Source: an uncultured Candidatus Saccharibacteria bacterium (GTDB lineage: Bacteria; Patescibacteriota; UBA1384; DTJR01). Taken from it: DNA of 44,362 nucleotides. Positions 18,684 through 28,863 of the stretch are shown here, one piece after another. The position numbers were made by a program, and so were the translations under genes. The stretch's first letter is position 1. Every line of letters begins with the position of its first letter. The stretch is from positions 1-44,362 of the forward strand of contig CAZIOI010000002.1 of NCBI GenBank assembly GCA_964540855.1. The letters run 5' to 3'. The notes under the pieces were generated by a model. It had not been told where the DNA came from and ran no database searches. It saw only the letters and a program-made list of their open reading frames with translations.

Positions 18684-19601
18684 ATGGAAATTAAAGAGGG
18701 GAAAAGCAAATCACATGTATTAGCCAGTCTAATCAGCACTGTCGTAATTTTGGCACTCGGATATTTTGGGCTTTTATATTTTATGAGCCGGCCACTTTGT
18801 GATTTGCCGGTGTCTTACGAGATCGGTTCGCTCGATGAAAAGTTTAACATCAAGTCGGAAGATTTTGAGAAATCTATCAGCTCAGCTGCAAACATCTGGA
18901 ATAGCAAAACGGGTCGAAGTGTTTTTTCTCCTTCAGACACAGGTGTAAAAATAAGTTTGATTTACGACGAACGCCAAGAGAATATAGACAAGCTGAACAG
19001 CGAATCAAACACTATTCTAGAAGACGAGAGCAGTCTCGATTCAATGGGCGAGAAATTTGCCAGACTGTCTGAAAAATACAAACGAGAACTCACAGAGTTC
19101 AATAAACAGGTCGAATATTGGAACGGTCAAGGCGGAGCGCCGGAAGAAGAATACAACAAACTAAAGCAAACCGAATCTAAGCTCGCAGAGACCCGAGCTA
19201 CGCTCAATGAGATGTCAGCTGTTCTAAACGAAAAAGTCGAGGAACACAACGACCAAGTTGACGATTACAATCAGGAAGTAGAGGAGTCAAAAGGCAAAAT
19301 TATCACCCAAGGGGAATATGATCCGAATAACAATACTATCAACATTTATACATTTGGCGACATAGAAGAACTTACATTTGTTATCGCCCACGAGCTGGGT
19401 CACGCTACCAATCTCGATCACGTGGATAACCCCAAGTCACTAATGTATTATTTGGTTCAGGATCAGGATATCAAAAATCCCACGCTCACCGATGAAGACA
19501 AACAGCAATTTATTAAAACATGTAACTTGAATGCCAATTTTTTCAAGCCTAATTGGGCAAATTTGAAGTCTATGCTACCAAGAACCGCGATTTTAAAATA
19601 A
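18684..19601 (+). CDS. Membrane-anchored matrixin-like zinc metalloprotease
   Basis: HELGHATNLDH (HExxHxxxxxH) is followed by SLMYY (Met-turn). It has an N-terminal TM anchor and a central coiled coil. The ATG lies 1 nt after the aspS stop. Confidence 0.8.
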   Translation: MEIKEGKSKSHVLASLISTVVILALGYFGLLYFMSRPLCDLPVSYEIGSLDEKFNIKSEDFEKSISSAANIWNSKTGRSVFSPSDTGVKISLIYDERQENIDKLNSESNTILEDESSLDSMGEKFARLSEKYKRELTEFNKQVEYWNGQGGAPEEEYNKLKQTESKLAETRATLNEMSAVLNEKVEEHNDQVDDYNQEVEESKGKIITQGEYDPNNNTINIYTFGDIEELTFVIAHELGHATNLDHVDNPKSLMYYLVQDQDIKNPTLTDEDKQQFIKTCNLNANFFKPNWANLKSMLPRTAILK

Positions 19602-19603
19602 TT

Positions 19604-20470
19604 ATGGATCACAAAAAAATATTAGCGTTTGATGTAGGCGGCACGACGATCAAAAGCGCGATTATAGTCGGTAGGGAGGCGATAGGTTTTAGAGATACGC
19701 CGACTCCGACCAACCTCGGCGAATTTCTCGAACTTATAAAATTAACCATCGATCATTACCAAAAAAATAATCAATTTGATCGAATTGCAATGGGACTACC
19801 GGGATTAATAAACTACGCCGAGCAAATCGCCCTCGTCTGCCCCAACCTCCCCTACCTCAATAATTTTTCACCGAAGATTTTTAATTACGACATAAAGATT
19901 GCCAACGATGCCGATTTGGCGCTCGCGGGTGAGATGCATTTGAACAAAATTTCAACAGATTGCGCCCTTTTCACTCTGGGTACCGGTGTCGGAGGGTCAA
20001 TTTCGCTCGCCGGCGTAAAACCGTTTGAAATTGCCTACTCCGGTGAATTTGGCCATATCAAAATCGGTTTGAACGGCCCTGAGTGCGCCTGCGGGCAAAC
20101 AGGCTGTCTCGAATCATATATCGGCTCCAAAGCCCTTTTAGATGCGGCAAAAACAAAGATATCCCCCCAGATAGAAAACATCGAGGAGCTCTTCCGTCTT
20201 GCGAGGGATTCCAACCCAAAAGCCATAGAAATAGTTCAAACATTCTCTGATTATCTCGCTCTCGCGATCGCGAATATTATCAATATAACCGGCGTGCAAA
20301 CCATCATATTATCCGGTAAAATCTCAAAATCATCAGATATTTTTATGAATATGCTAAAGCCACGGCTGATTGAAAAAATTGCCTTTGCTCAGTATCGAAA
20401 TCTCGATGTACGTGTCGCGCTAGACAACGAAAAGAGCGCGCTGTTCGGCTCAACAGCTTTATTTGAATAA
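19604..20470 (+). CDS. ROK family sugar kinase (glucokinase-like)
   Basis: AFDVGGTTIK (ATP site), the ROK zinc motif CACGQTGCLESY, and GEFGH. Confidence 0.85.
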   Translation: MDHKKILAFDVGGTTIKSAIIVGREAIGFRDTPTPTNLGEFLELIKLTIDHYQKNNQFDRIAMGLPGLINYAEQIALVCPNLPYLNNFSPKIFNYDIKIANDADLALAGEMHLNKISTDCALFTLGTGVGGSISLAGVKPFEIAYSGEFGHIKIGLNGPECACGQTGCLESYIGSKALLDAAKTKISPQIENIEELFRLARDSNPKAIEIVQTFSDYLALAIANIINITGVQTIILSGKISKSSDIFMNMLKPRLIEKIAFAQYRNLDVRVALDNEKSALFGSTALFE

Positions 20471-20871
20471 TTCAAGCTTCACCTGAAATATGTCATTTCT
20501 GCCCCGACTCTCGACAGTCATTCTCGCCCCATCAATTCGCGGGGTAAACTACAGCGATTTATTCAGGCTTCGCCTGAAATGTGATTACGAGCTAAAGCTC
20601 GTAGATTTATGTTAAGGACAGGGGCTTCAAGTTGCCTGCCCGCTATCGCTAACGCTCAAGCGTTCGCAGGCGGGCGAAGCCCGCCCCCCTATCCTTAACA
20701 ATCCAACCCCGGCACGCTTCGTACCATGGTGTCGCTTTGCGACGATATTTGTCATTGCGAGCCCAAAGGGCGCGGCAATCTTACTAGCGTAAAACGTATA
20801 GCGTATAACTATGGTGTTGCTTTGCAACGATTATATGAAGTTTTGAATTATACACTGTGATTATACGTTAA
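20471..20871. repeat. 400-bp convergent intergenic region composed of stacked repeat modules
   Basis: Contains caagcttcacctgaaat / caggcttcgcctgaaat direct repeats and GC-rich hairpins. GTCGC hairpins lie at 20729-20741 and about 20805-20817. GTCATTGCGAG...GCGGCAATCT is at 20751-20781, and CGTATAAC arms end in tatacgttaatta at the eno stop. Confidence 0.7.
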
Positions 20872-22197
<1,326 letters not shown>

Positions 22198-22224
22198 TTA
22201 GGATAAAGACTAAATAATGCAAAA

Positions 22225-22318
22225 CTTATAACGAAAAACGTATAAACACAATGTAAAACTTAAAATAAAAAAACTATCGTCGCAAAGCGACACCATAGTT
22301 ATACGTTTTACGTTTTAC
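22225..22318. repeat. Dispersed palindromic repeat (CGTATAA arm, GTCGCAAAGCGAC hairpin, CACCATAGTTATACG arm)
   Basis: The same module order is seen at 26411-26517, 30470-30618, 33941-34032 and 37352-37471. Confidence 0.75.
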
Positions 22319-22381
22319 TTTAACTTATTTGCTTTTCAATCTAAACCGTAATACTATCAAACTAATAATTAAGGAGGGTCT

Positions 22382-22714
22382 ATGGACAAGAATAAAAAAA
22401 GCTACCTCAAAGGTGCAGCCACTGGTGTTGCCCTCGGAGCGTTGGCCGGAGCTGTCGCAGGCATACTTTTTGCGCCTAAAAGCGGAAAAGAAACACGTGA
22501 GGATATCGCTAAAACGCTTCACGAGATCAAAGACAAGGTTGCCGATCAGCTGGAGAAAGCTGGTGATTTTACCAAAGAAAAATACTCCGATGTTGTAGAA
22601 TCCGTCGTAGCAAATTACGAAAAAGCCAAAAAGATTACGACTAAACAAGCTACCGAAATCAAAAAAGATCTTACTTCCGGTTTTGACAAGGTCAAAAAAT
22701 CAGCTAAGAACTAA
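22382..22714 (+). CDS. YtxH domain-containing protein
   Basis: GAATGVALGALAGAVAGILFAPKSGKETRED is the YtxH signature. AAGGAGG lies upstream. Confidence 0.85.
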   Translation: MDKNKKSYLKGAATGVALGALAGAVAGILFAPKSGKETREDIAKTLHEIKDKVADQLEKAGDFTKEKYSDVVESVVANYEKAKKITTKQATEIKKDLTSGFDKVKKSAKN

Positions 22715-23241
22715 CCTTTATTTAGCTTATATAAACCTGCTAGCAGACTAAGCCCCAAACCTAGCAGATATAAATCCGAAAGCTGGTTGTTTTGTAAACT
22801 GCCAAGATCCAGATAGTCAAAAGATAGATACAAAAAGTCGATAGTAAATTTGACTATTAGAAACAATGTGGCGGACGCCACGGCGTATTTGTTGGATATT
22901 TTTTCGCGGATCAAACTCCACGCTTGGACGCTATAAAATAAAACCCAGAAAATTTGACCCAAGTCCAGAATGTTGAAGCCGTTATTTATCATTTTTAGCG
23001 GATAATATGCAATAGCCATCGGCCCAAGCACAGCGCTCGGTAAAACTGCAAACGCCATAAGCCACCCAGCAACAGGAACCTTTTTGGCTCTTTTGTACCA
23101 AACAATCGCCAATAGCAGCGGATAAACCGGACACACCAAACAAAACGGCCATGCCCATATCGGAATTGAGAAAAGTTTGTCGTAATCAACTATCCAAGCA
23201 CCCACCGACCAAAATAAATCCAATACAAAAAAATAATACAT
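22711..23241 (-). CDS. Hypothetical integral membrane protein (possibly DUF1405-like)
   Basis: 176 aa with about 5 TM helices. The family assignment rests only on size and topology. Confidence 0.55.
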   Translation of the reverse strand: MYYFFVLDLFWSVGAWIVDYDKLFSIPIWAWPFCLVCPVYPLLLAIVWYKRAKKVPVAGWLMAFAVLPSAVLGPMAIAYYPLKMINNGFNILDLGQIFWVLFYSVQAWSLIREKISNKYAVASATLFLIVKFTIDFLYLSFDYLDLGSLQNNQLSDLYLLGLGLSLLAGLYKLNKG

Positions 23242-23296
23242 TTAACTATTATATTCCTTCCTTGATTGATAGAGCAATCTTTGGCACAATGAACCC

Positions 23297-24856
23297 ATGA
23301 ATGAACACCTGTCGAAAGCGGTAAAAGTAACTGCCGCTAAATTAAAGACTGAAAAAAAGCTTGATGAATCGACTGTTAAAATCAATGAGTCGGTTGCAAA
23401 AGCGGCTTTTTATTACGAGAAACTTAGAAACGTCATCGAATATCAAGACGAACATCTTTTTTTAAAAAACGCGATCAAGCGTATTATCAAACGCCACAAG
23501 GTTTTTGCCAGCCCCGATATTCCCCAAAAACTTTTGCGCGAGCTTGTTTGGGCCGGGTACTTCAAAAATAATTCTCTGCCAACCAGATACGAAGAGGACA
23601 TCGACCAGATAATCAAAAAGTACGACTTTATCAAGAAAAATGTCAAGTCGGGATTTCTGGAAAGCAAGAGAATAAATTCAATTTTCCTAGGTCTTATCGC
23701 CTGCGACATTGAAAATATTCTCTCCCCTTCAGTCGCACGAACAGAATTTGTCGATTTTACCAAAGACTTGATAAAAGACAATATCGATTTGCCTCCGACA
23801 CAAATAAGCCTAAGTGAACTTGACGTCCAGATAGATATTTCCATCGAAAAGATATTATTTAAGGCCGATTATGATCAGCTTTTCTTCAAACTTTTTGCGC
23901 GATTTTATCGAGAATGGCCGGATATCGATAAAGATCAAGCAACCGAACTATCAAAAAATTTTGCTCGCGTTTTCAATCTCATAGATTCGTGGATCGCCAA
24001 AAACAAAGTCAGCAAAGTCCAAAGATATACAAAAAAACAATTACCGGTATTTTTTGTTTTATGGAATATAATGTCGTTTAATTCCGATCCCGAGGGACTT
24101 TTTGAGTCAAAACAAAAGATCAAAGAAACGGCGCGACTTTTTATAAACGCTCGCAATAAGGAATTAGTCGGCAAAGTAATGCGCGCAATCACCAAAGGAA
24201 TAGTGTTTATTCTTTTGACCAAGACTATTTTTGCCATGCTGATCGAACTCCCCTATGAATCACGCTTTTTAGGAGAAGTGAATTATATGGCTCTTGGGAT
24301 AAACATCTTACTCCCACCGCTCATTTTGCTTATCGCCGGCTTTTTCATCAAAACTCCCGGCAGGCGAAATGATGAAAAGCTTGTTAATATGATCGAACTG
24401 GCTGCTTTTGAAAATAAGCTTTCGACAAAAAAACTCTCTTCGCTCAAAGAAAACCGCACCAAAAACTATGTTTTATTCAATACAATATATTTTGTCCTCT
24501 CGATCGTGATTTTGGTACTCGTCGGTTGGCTCTTGTACGCGGTTCATTTCAACCCTGTCAGTATTGCACTATTTTTTGTGTTCGTCTCACTGGTCAGCTT
24601 CCTTGCCTTTAGAACGCGGGCCACAGCCAAAGAGCTGGAAATAGAATCGACTGAGGATGGTCTTATATCCGGCGTTGTCAGTTTCCTTTTGCTGCCATTT
24701 GTTTCAATAGGTAAATATCTATCCGACAAATGGAGTGATTATAATTTTATGCTTTTTTTCTGGGATTTCGTTGTCGAAGCGCCGCTTAAGACCGTAATTA
24801 TGGTTTTCGAGTCTTGGCTGTCTTTCACCAGAGAAAAACGCGAAGATTTTGAATAA
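23297..24856 (+). CDS. Hypothetical protein, N-terminal soluble region plus C-terminal TM helices
   Basis: A 519-aa ORF with host-like composition. No motif was recognised. Confidence 0.65.
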   Translation: MNEHLSKAVKVTAAKLKTEKKLDESTVKINESVAKAAFYYEKLRNVIEYQDEHLFLKNAIKRIIKRHKVFASPDIPQKLLRELVWAGYFKNNSLPTRYEEDIDQIIKKYDFIKKNVKSGFLESKRINSIFLGLIACDIENILSPSVARTEFVDFTKDLIKDNIDLPPTQISLSELDVQIDISIEKILFKADYDQLFFKLFARFYREWPDIDKDQATELSKNFARVFNLIDSWIAKNKVSKVQRYTKKQLPVFFVLWNIMSFNSDPEGLFESKQKIKETARLFINARNKELVGKVMRAITKGIVFILLTKTIFAMLIELPYESRFLGEVNYMALGINILLPPLILLIAGFFIKTPGRRNDEKLVNMIELAAFENKLSTKKLSSLKENRTKNYVLFNTIYFVLSIVILVLVGWLLYAVHFNPVSIALFFVFVSLVSFLAFRTRATAKELEIESTEDGLISGVVSFLLLPFVSIGKYLSDKWSDYNFMLFFWDFVVEAPLKTVIMVFESWLSFTREKREDFE

Positions 24857-24887
24857 AATGTGCTAAGCTTATATAAAGGAGAAAAAA

Positions 24888-25814
24888 ATGCAAACCTTAA
24901 AACCCATTGGCGAACTAATAGGCTCGAGTTGGAGTACATATACAAAATATTTTTCTCAATATGCAAAGATACTAATGTGGTATCTTGTCTTCTCGGCCGC
25001 CTCCGTAGTTCTTTCAATCATCGAAATTAATATCGGGGCAGTTCTAGCTGCAGAAATAATAATCTCCATTGCTCTGATTATCAGTACATTGATCTGTATT
25101 CCCGCCTTGTTAGTATATATCGCCAGCGAACAAAAGATGTCCATTTCGGATGCGTTCAAACAATCAAGGCCGAGAATTTGGGCCTTTGTTTGGATCGGAA
25201 TTTTGTCCGCACTTGTCATGCTCGGCGGATTCTCATTGCTTATGATCCCGGGTATTTACTTGATGGTTTGCTTTTCTTTTGCTCAATACTTGGTGATTTG
25301 CGAAAAAAAAGGCGGAATGCAAGCCCTGTGGGAATCGACAAAACTGGTTCAAGGTCAATGGTTAGCAGTTTTCTTGAGAATTTTGGTCTATGCCGTAACA
25401 CTTATAGCCCTTATGCTCGCAGTTACGTGGATAGATGATATCGCAAACGCTCAAGGTTATATAATCAATATCGTGACTTTGGCGATTTCGTTTTTGGGTC
25501 CGCTGTTTATGGTTTATTTCTACCAAATATTTAAAGATCTCAAGTCTATTAGCAAAACCGAAACCGCCAGTATTCCATCCAGGACAAAAATCATATATTC
25601 CGTTCTGTTTGCAATAGGCATAGTTATACCGGCGACGATGATCACAATCGGCGCGATTGCAGCAACCTTCTACGGTAACGGCGCAGGTTCGGGCGATTTA
25701 ACGAATATCGAGGGCATGTACGGCGAAAAAACAGAAAGTCTGTATGGGCAATATCTCCAGTCTGCTATCGCCGAACAATCAAGCCAAAGCGTCTCGCCGT
25801 CCAGCACGGACTAA
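24888..25814 (+). CDS. Hypothetical polytopic membrane protein
   Basis: 308 aa with about 6 TM helices. AAGGAG precedes the ATG. Confidence 0.65.
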   Translation: MQTLKPIGELIGSSWSTYTKYFSQYAKILMWYLVFSAASVVLSIIEINIGAVLAAEIIISIALIISTLICIPALLVYIASEQKMSISDAFKQSRPRIWAFVWIGILSALVMLGGFSLLMIPGIYLMVCFSFAQYLVICEKKGGMQALWESTKLVQGQWLAVFLRILVYAVTLIALMLAVTWIDDIANAQGYIINIVTLAISFLGPLFMVYFYQIFKDLKSISKTETASIPSRTKIIYSVLFAIGIVIPATMITIGAIAATFYGNGAGSGDLTNIEGMYGEKTESLYGQYLQSAIAEQSSQSVSPSSTD

Positions 25815-25902
25815 TTTTTCTATTTTTTTCTGTTAACTACGATCGTAGGATAGACACATCCGAGGTTCTTTGAGTTTCTATCACATATGCAAGAGGCGCG
25901 AT

Positions 25903-26259
25903 ATGGGAGACCTAGCGTTGTCGGTTTCGCCAGATACCTTAGTCCTTGGCGATTCGATCCAAGTCAAGATCGAGCCTGACATGACTGCAGTTCTCGGCCT
26001 GCCAGGCGAATGGCTTACGGTCAAGATCGTAGCTATACCAGAATCGCGCTTGTACACGGTCTGGAACGACTCACTGCCGCGTGACGGCACTACTGGCTAT
26101 CAGCTGCAGGAGACGCACAATGGCTGGCGTTTCTGGCGGGAGACGCTGACCACCAACCACACATCAGCTGCCATCGTTCGTGCAGGCGACAGCAGTGTGC
26201 CGGCCAGACTTAAGCTGACACATCAGGCCGCCGATCCGACGCACAACGGCCATTGGTAG
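25903..26259 (+). CDS. GC-rich island 3: 118-aa beta-rich protein, no recognised family
   Basis: GAGG lies 6 nt before the ATG at 25903. The composition is GC-rich and foreign-looking. It has its own terminator. Confidence 0.55.
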   Translation: MGDLALSVSPDTLVLGDSIQVKIEPDMTAVLGLPGEWLTVKIVAIPESRLYTVWNDSLPRDGTTGYQLQETHNGWRFWRETLTTNHTSAAIVRAGDSSVPARLKLTHQAADPTHNGHW

Positions 26260-26286
26260 CCACACAACCTCCCCTCGGACCCACTC

Positions 26287-26334
26287 AGACCTCGCGTTGA
26301 TCACTTCGATCAGCACCACGCGAGGTCTTTTTTC
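26287..26334 (+). terminator. Island 3 intrinsic terminator
   Basis: agacctcgcg ... cgcgaggtct forms a 10-bp stem with an inner tgatc/gatca helix, followed by tttttt. Confidence 0.8.
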
Positions 26335-26410
26335 TCACAACAATCGTCACTTACTCCAGATATGCTTAATATATGATTCCTGTATGTGCAAAAGGCATAG
26401 TAGCGCAAAA

Positions 26411-26517
26411 TGCAAAATGTAAAACGTATAAACACAGCGTAAAATTCAAAAATTAATACATAACCGTCGCGAAGCGACACCATAGTTATACATTTTTCGT
26501 TTTACATTATACGTTAA
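26411..26517. repeat. Dispersed palindromic repeat copy that abuts the lepA stop
   Basis: aaacgtataaacac...gtcgcgaagcgacaccatagttatac...tatacgttaatta. The final tta is the lepA stop codon on the minus strand. Confidence 0.75.
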
Positions 26518-28254
26518 TTAGTACTTCAACAATTTCACAAACACATCTGTCGGCAGGCTCACGCGGCCCAGCTTTGCCATTTTACGTTTACCCTTCTTTT
26601 GCTTTTCCAACAGTTTTCGCTTTCGGGTCACATCTCCGCCATACAATTTCTCTGTCACATCTTTTCTAAAAGCTTGTATCCTCTCTGAAGCGATAATCCT
26701 ACCGCCAATAGCCGCCTGAATCTTTACCTCAAAGTTTTGTCTCGGTATAAATTCTTTCATTTTCTCCACCATTTGCCGGCCAACCTTGTCGACAAACCCC
26801 TTAAAGACTGTTCTTGAGAATGCATCAATTTTTTCTTCGGATATGTAAAAGTCAATCTGGACCAGATCACCGGCTCTAAATCCAATAAAATCATAATTTA
26901 TCGACCCGTAGCCTTGCGTTGCACTTTTCAGCTGATCGTAAAAATCCACGATCACCTCGCCAAGCGGCATTTCGTAGTCTAAAATCACTTTCTCTTCGAG
27001 ATGGCGAATATCTTTTTGCTCGCCACGACGCGACTGCAGAAGTTCAATTACACGTCCCAAATATTGTTTTGGCGTGATCAATTCCGCCTTAACCCACGGC
27101 TCCAGCGTCTCTTGCCCCTCTCTCTTATATTCGACGGTTGGCGTGGTAACGACTAGGTCAAGGTCATACTCCCTCTCCAGCCTTTCCTTAACAATTTCAA
27201 GGTGGAGCATTCCCAAGAAACCGCACCTAAATCCAAAGCCAAAAGCGGTCGAATTAGCTGGCTCATAAATAATTGACGAGTCAGATAATTTGAGCTTTCC
27301 CAAACTCTCCCTCAATCTTCCGTAGTCCTCACCGCTTGTGCAATATATTTCAGCATACACCATCGGACGCGGCTCCTTGTAGCCGCTCAATGGTTCAACC
27401 GCCAAAGAATCTTGTTCGCTGGTAACCGTAATCGTATCGCCAACTCTCGCCTGCGAGACATCCTTAAACGTCGTGACAACAAAACCAATTTCGCCAGTTG
27501 AGATAGATTCTTGCGATCTCAACCCCAGCTGAATCGCCCCCACGTCGGAGGCGATCGTCTTCTGATCCTTAAAAACAAATTTTATTTGGTCTGATCTGGC
27601 AATTTGACCGTCAAAAACTCTAACATAAGCGACAACCCCCCTGTAATCATCAAAGTATGAATCAAAAACCAGTGCCCGCGCACAGTCAACCTGTGATTTT
27701 CTCGGCGCCGGAACAGTTAAAATGATTTTTTCGAGCAGTTCACGCACTCCCTTACCCGTCTTGGCCGAGATAAAGCTAACGTCGTCGGGGTCGCAATTTA
27801 TGATCTCCGCTATCTCAAAAGCCACCTCTTCGGGCCGTGATTCTGGCAAGTCGATTTTATTCACAGCCGGAATAATCACCAGTCCGGCTTTTTTGGCGAG
27901 CTCCAGATTTGCCAGTGTTTGCGCCTGAACACCTTGGGTGGCATCCACCAAAAGAATCGCTCCTTCAACCGCCTGCAAACTGCGCGACACCTCGTAGGAA
28001 AAATCAACATGCCCCGGAGTATCTATGAGATTTAGCTCATACGGCTTATTATCGATAATCCATTTCATTCTCACCGGCTGAAGCTTAATAGTGATGCCGC
28101 GTTCACGCTCAAGATCCATGGAGTCAAGCACCTGATCAAGCATTTTTCGCTTTTCTACTGTTTCGGTCAACTCCAAAAACCGGTCTGCCAACGTTGACTT
28201 ACCGTGATCTATGTGAGAAATAATACAAAAATTACGAATATTCTCTGTTTCCAA
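26518..28254 (-). CDS. lepA: Translation elongation factor 4 (LepA)
   Basis: IRNFCIISHIDHGKSTLADR, NLIDTPGHVDF and the LepA-specific C-terminal domain. Confidence 0.97.
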   Translation of the reverse strand: METENIRNFCIISHIDHGKSTLADRFLELTETVEKRKMLDQVLDSMDLERERGITIKLQPVRMKWIIDNKPYELNLIDTPGHVDFSYEVSRSLQAVEGAILLVDATQGVQAQTLANLELAKKAGLVIIPAVNKIDLPESRPEEVAFEIAEIINCDPDDVSFISAKTGKGVRELLEKIILTVPAPRKSQVDCARALVFDSYFDDYRGVVAYVRVFDGQIARSDQIKFVFKDQKTIASDVGAIQLGLRSQESISTGEIGFVVTTFKDVSQARVGDTITVTSEQDSLAVEPLSGYKEPRPMVYAEIYCTSGEDYGRLRESLGKLKLSDSSIIYEPANSTAFGFGFRCGFLGMLHLEIVKERLEREYDLDLVVTTPTVEYKREGQETLEPWVKAELITPKQYLGRVIELLQSRRGEQKDIRHLEEKVILDYEMPLGEVIVDFYDQLKSATQGYGSINYDFIGFRAGDLVQIDFYISEEKIDAFSRTVFKGFVDKVGRQMVEKMKEFIPRQNFEVKIQAAIGGRIIASERIQAFRKDVTEKLYGGDVTRKRKLLEKQKKGKRKMAKLGRVSLPTDVFVKLLKY

Positions 28255-28266
28255 GTCTTCTCCAAA

Positions 28267-28863
28267 TTACAACGGCTTTTTCGCCTCAAGCGTCATTATG
28301 CCGTCCTGCAAATATACACTGATTAGCTCCAGAGAATCAAGATCGCCGTAGTTGTCACTGATCGCTTTTTGCACTGCTCGCGACAAACCAACGGCCAGCA
28401 CTCTAGGCGCGCTAATTTCTCCAATCTTGACACTCAAAAGCTCAAAGATTAATTTCCCGTCCGATATTTCGGGCATAAACTGAAATGTCATATTAGACCA
28501 AGAAAGAAAATTCGCTTTACCAGATAAAAAAATCCCCTCCGTACTGATTTTACAGCCCAAGCCCTCGTTTGATCTCACGGCCGCCAGTTTGGCGCAAAAT
28601 ACCGCCTCGGGAATTACAACATCAACTATCCCCCCGCTCTCGATTTTTGAAAAATTCTGGTCCGAGACGATATTCGGCCTAGTTGCCTGAGACGTAATCT
28701 CGTTTGAATGTAATTTTGACCCTGTTACAAACAGTACTACCTCCAGTACCACAAATAGCAGCACAAATGCCACCGCCAGACTCGCGCAACCGCAGCCGGC
28801 CGATTGCTTTGCCTCATCCAAATCTTTGTAAAACTCCCCAGGGCGGAGTTTTTTCTTTTTCAT
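28267..28863 (-). CDS. Hypothetical membrane-anchored protein
   Basis: 198 aa with a single N-terminal TM. It is tightly packed between murJ and lepA. Confidence 0.6.
   Translation of the reverse strand: MKKKKLRPGEFYKDLDEAKQSAGCGCASLAVAFVLLFVVLEVVLFVTGSKLHSNEITSQATRPNIVSDQNFSKIESGGIVDVVIPEAVFCAKLAAVRSNEGLGCKISTEGIFLSGKANFLSWSNMTFQFMPEISDGKLIFELLSVKIGEISAPRVLAVGLSRAVQKAISDNYGDLDSLELISVYLQDGIMTLEAKKPL

Noticed and set aside
20627-20827. ORFs that lie wholly in repeat DNA: 20627..20827 (minus), 35798..36139 (plus), 41087..41329 (plus), 10451..10732 (plus) and 11167..11573 (several).
   Set aside because: They are translations of dispersed repeats, tRNA or spacer sequence (for example SFLTCCVPRSPAYRQAGLAKWG). 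They have no RBS, and the same peptides would recur wherever the repeat occurs.
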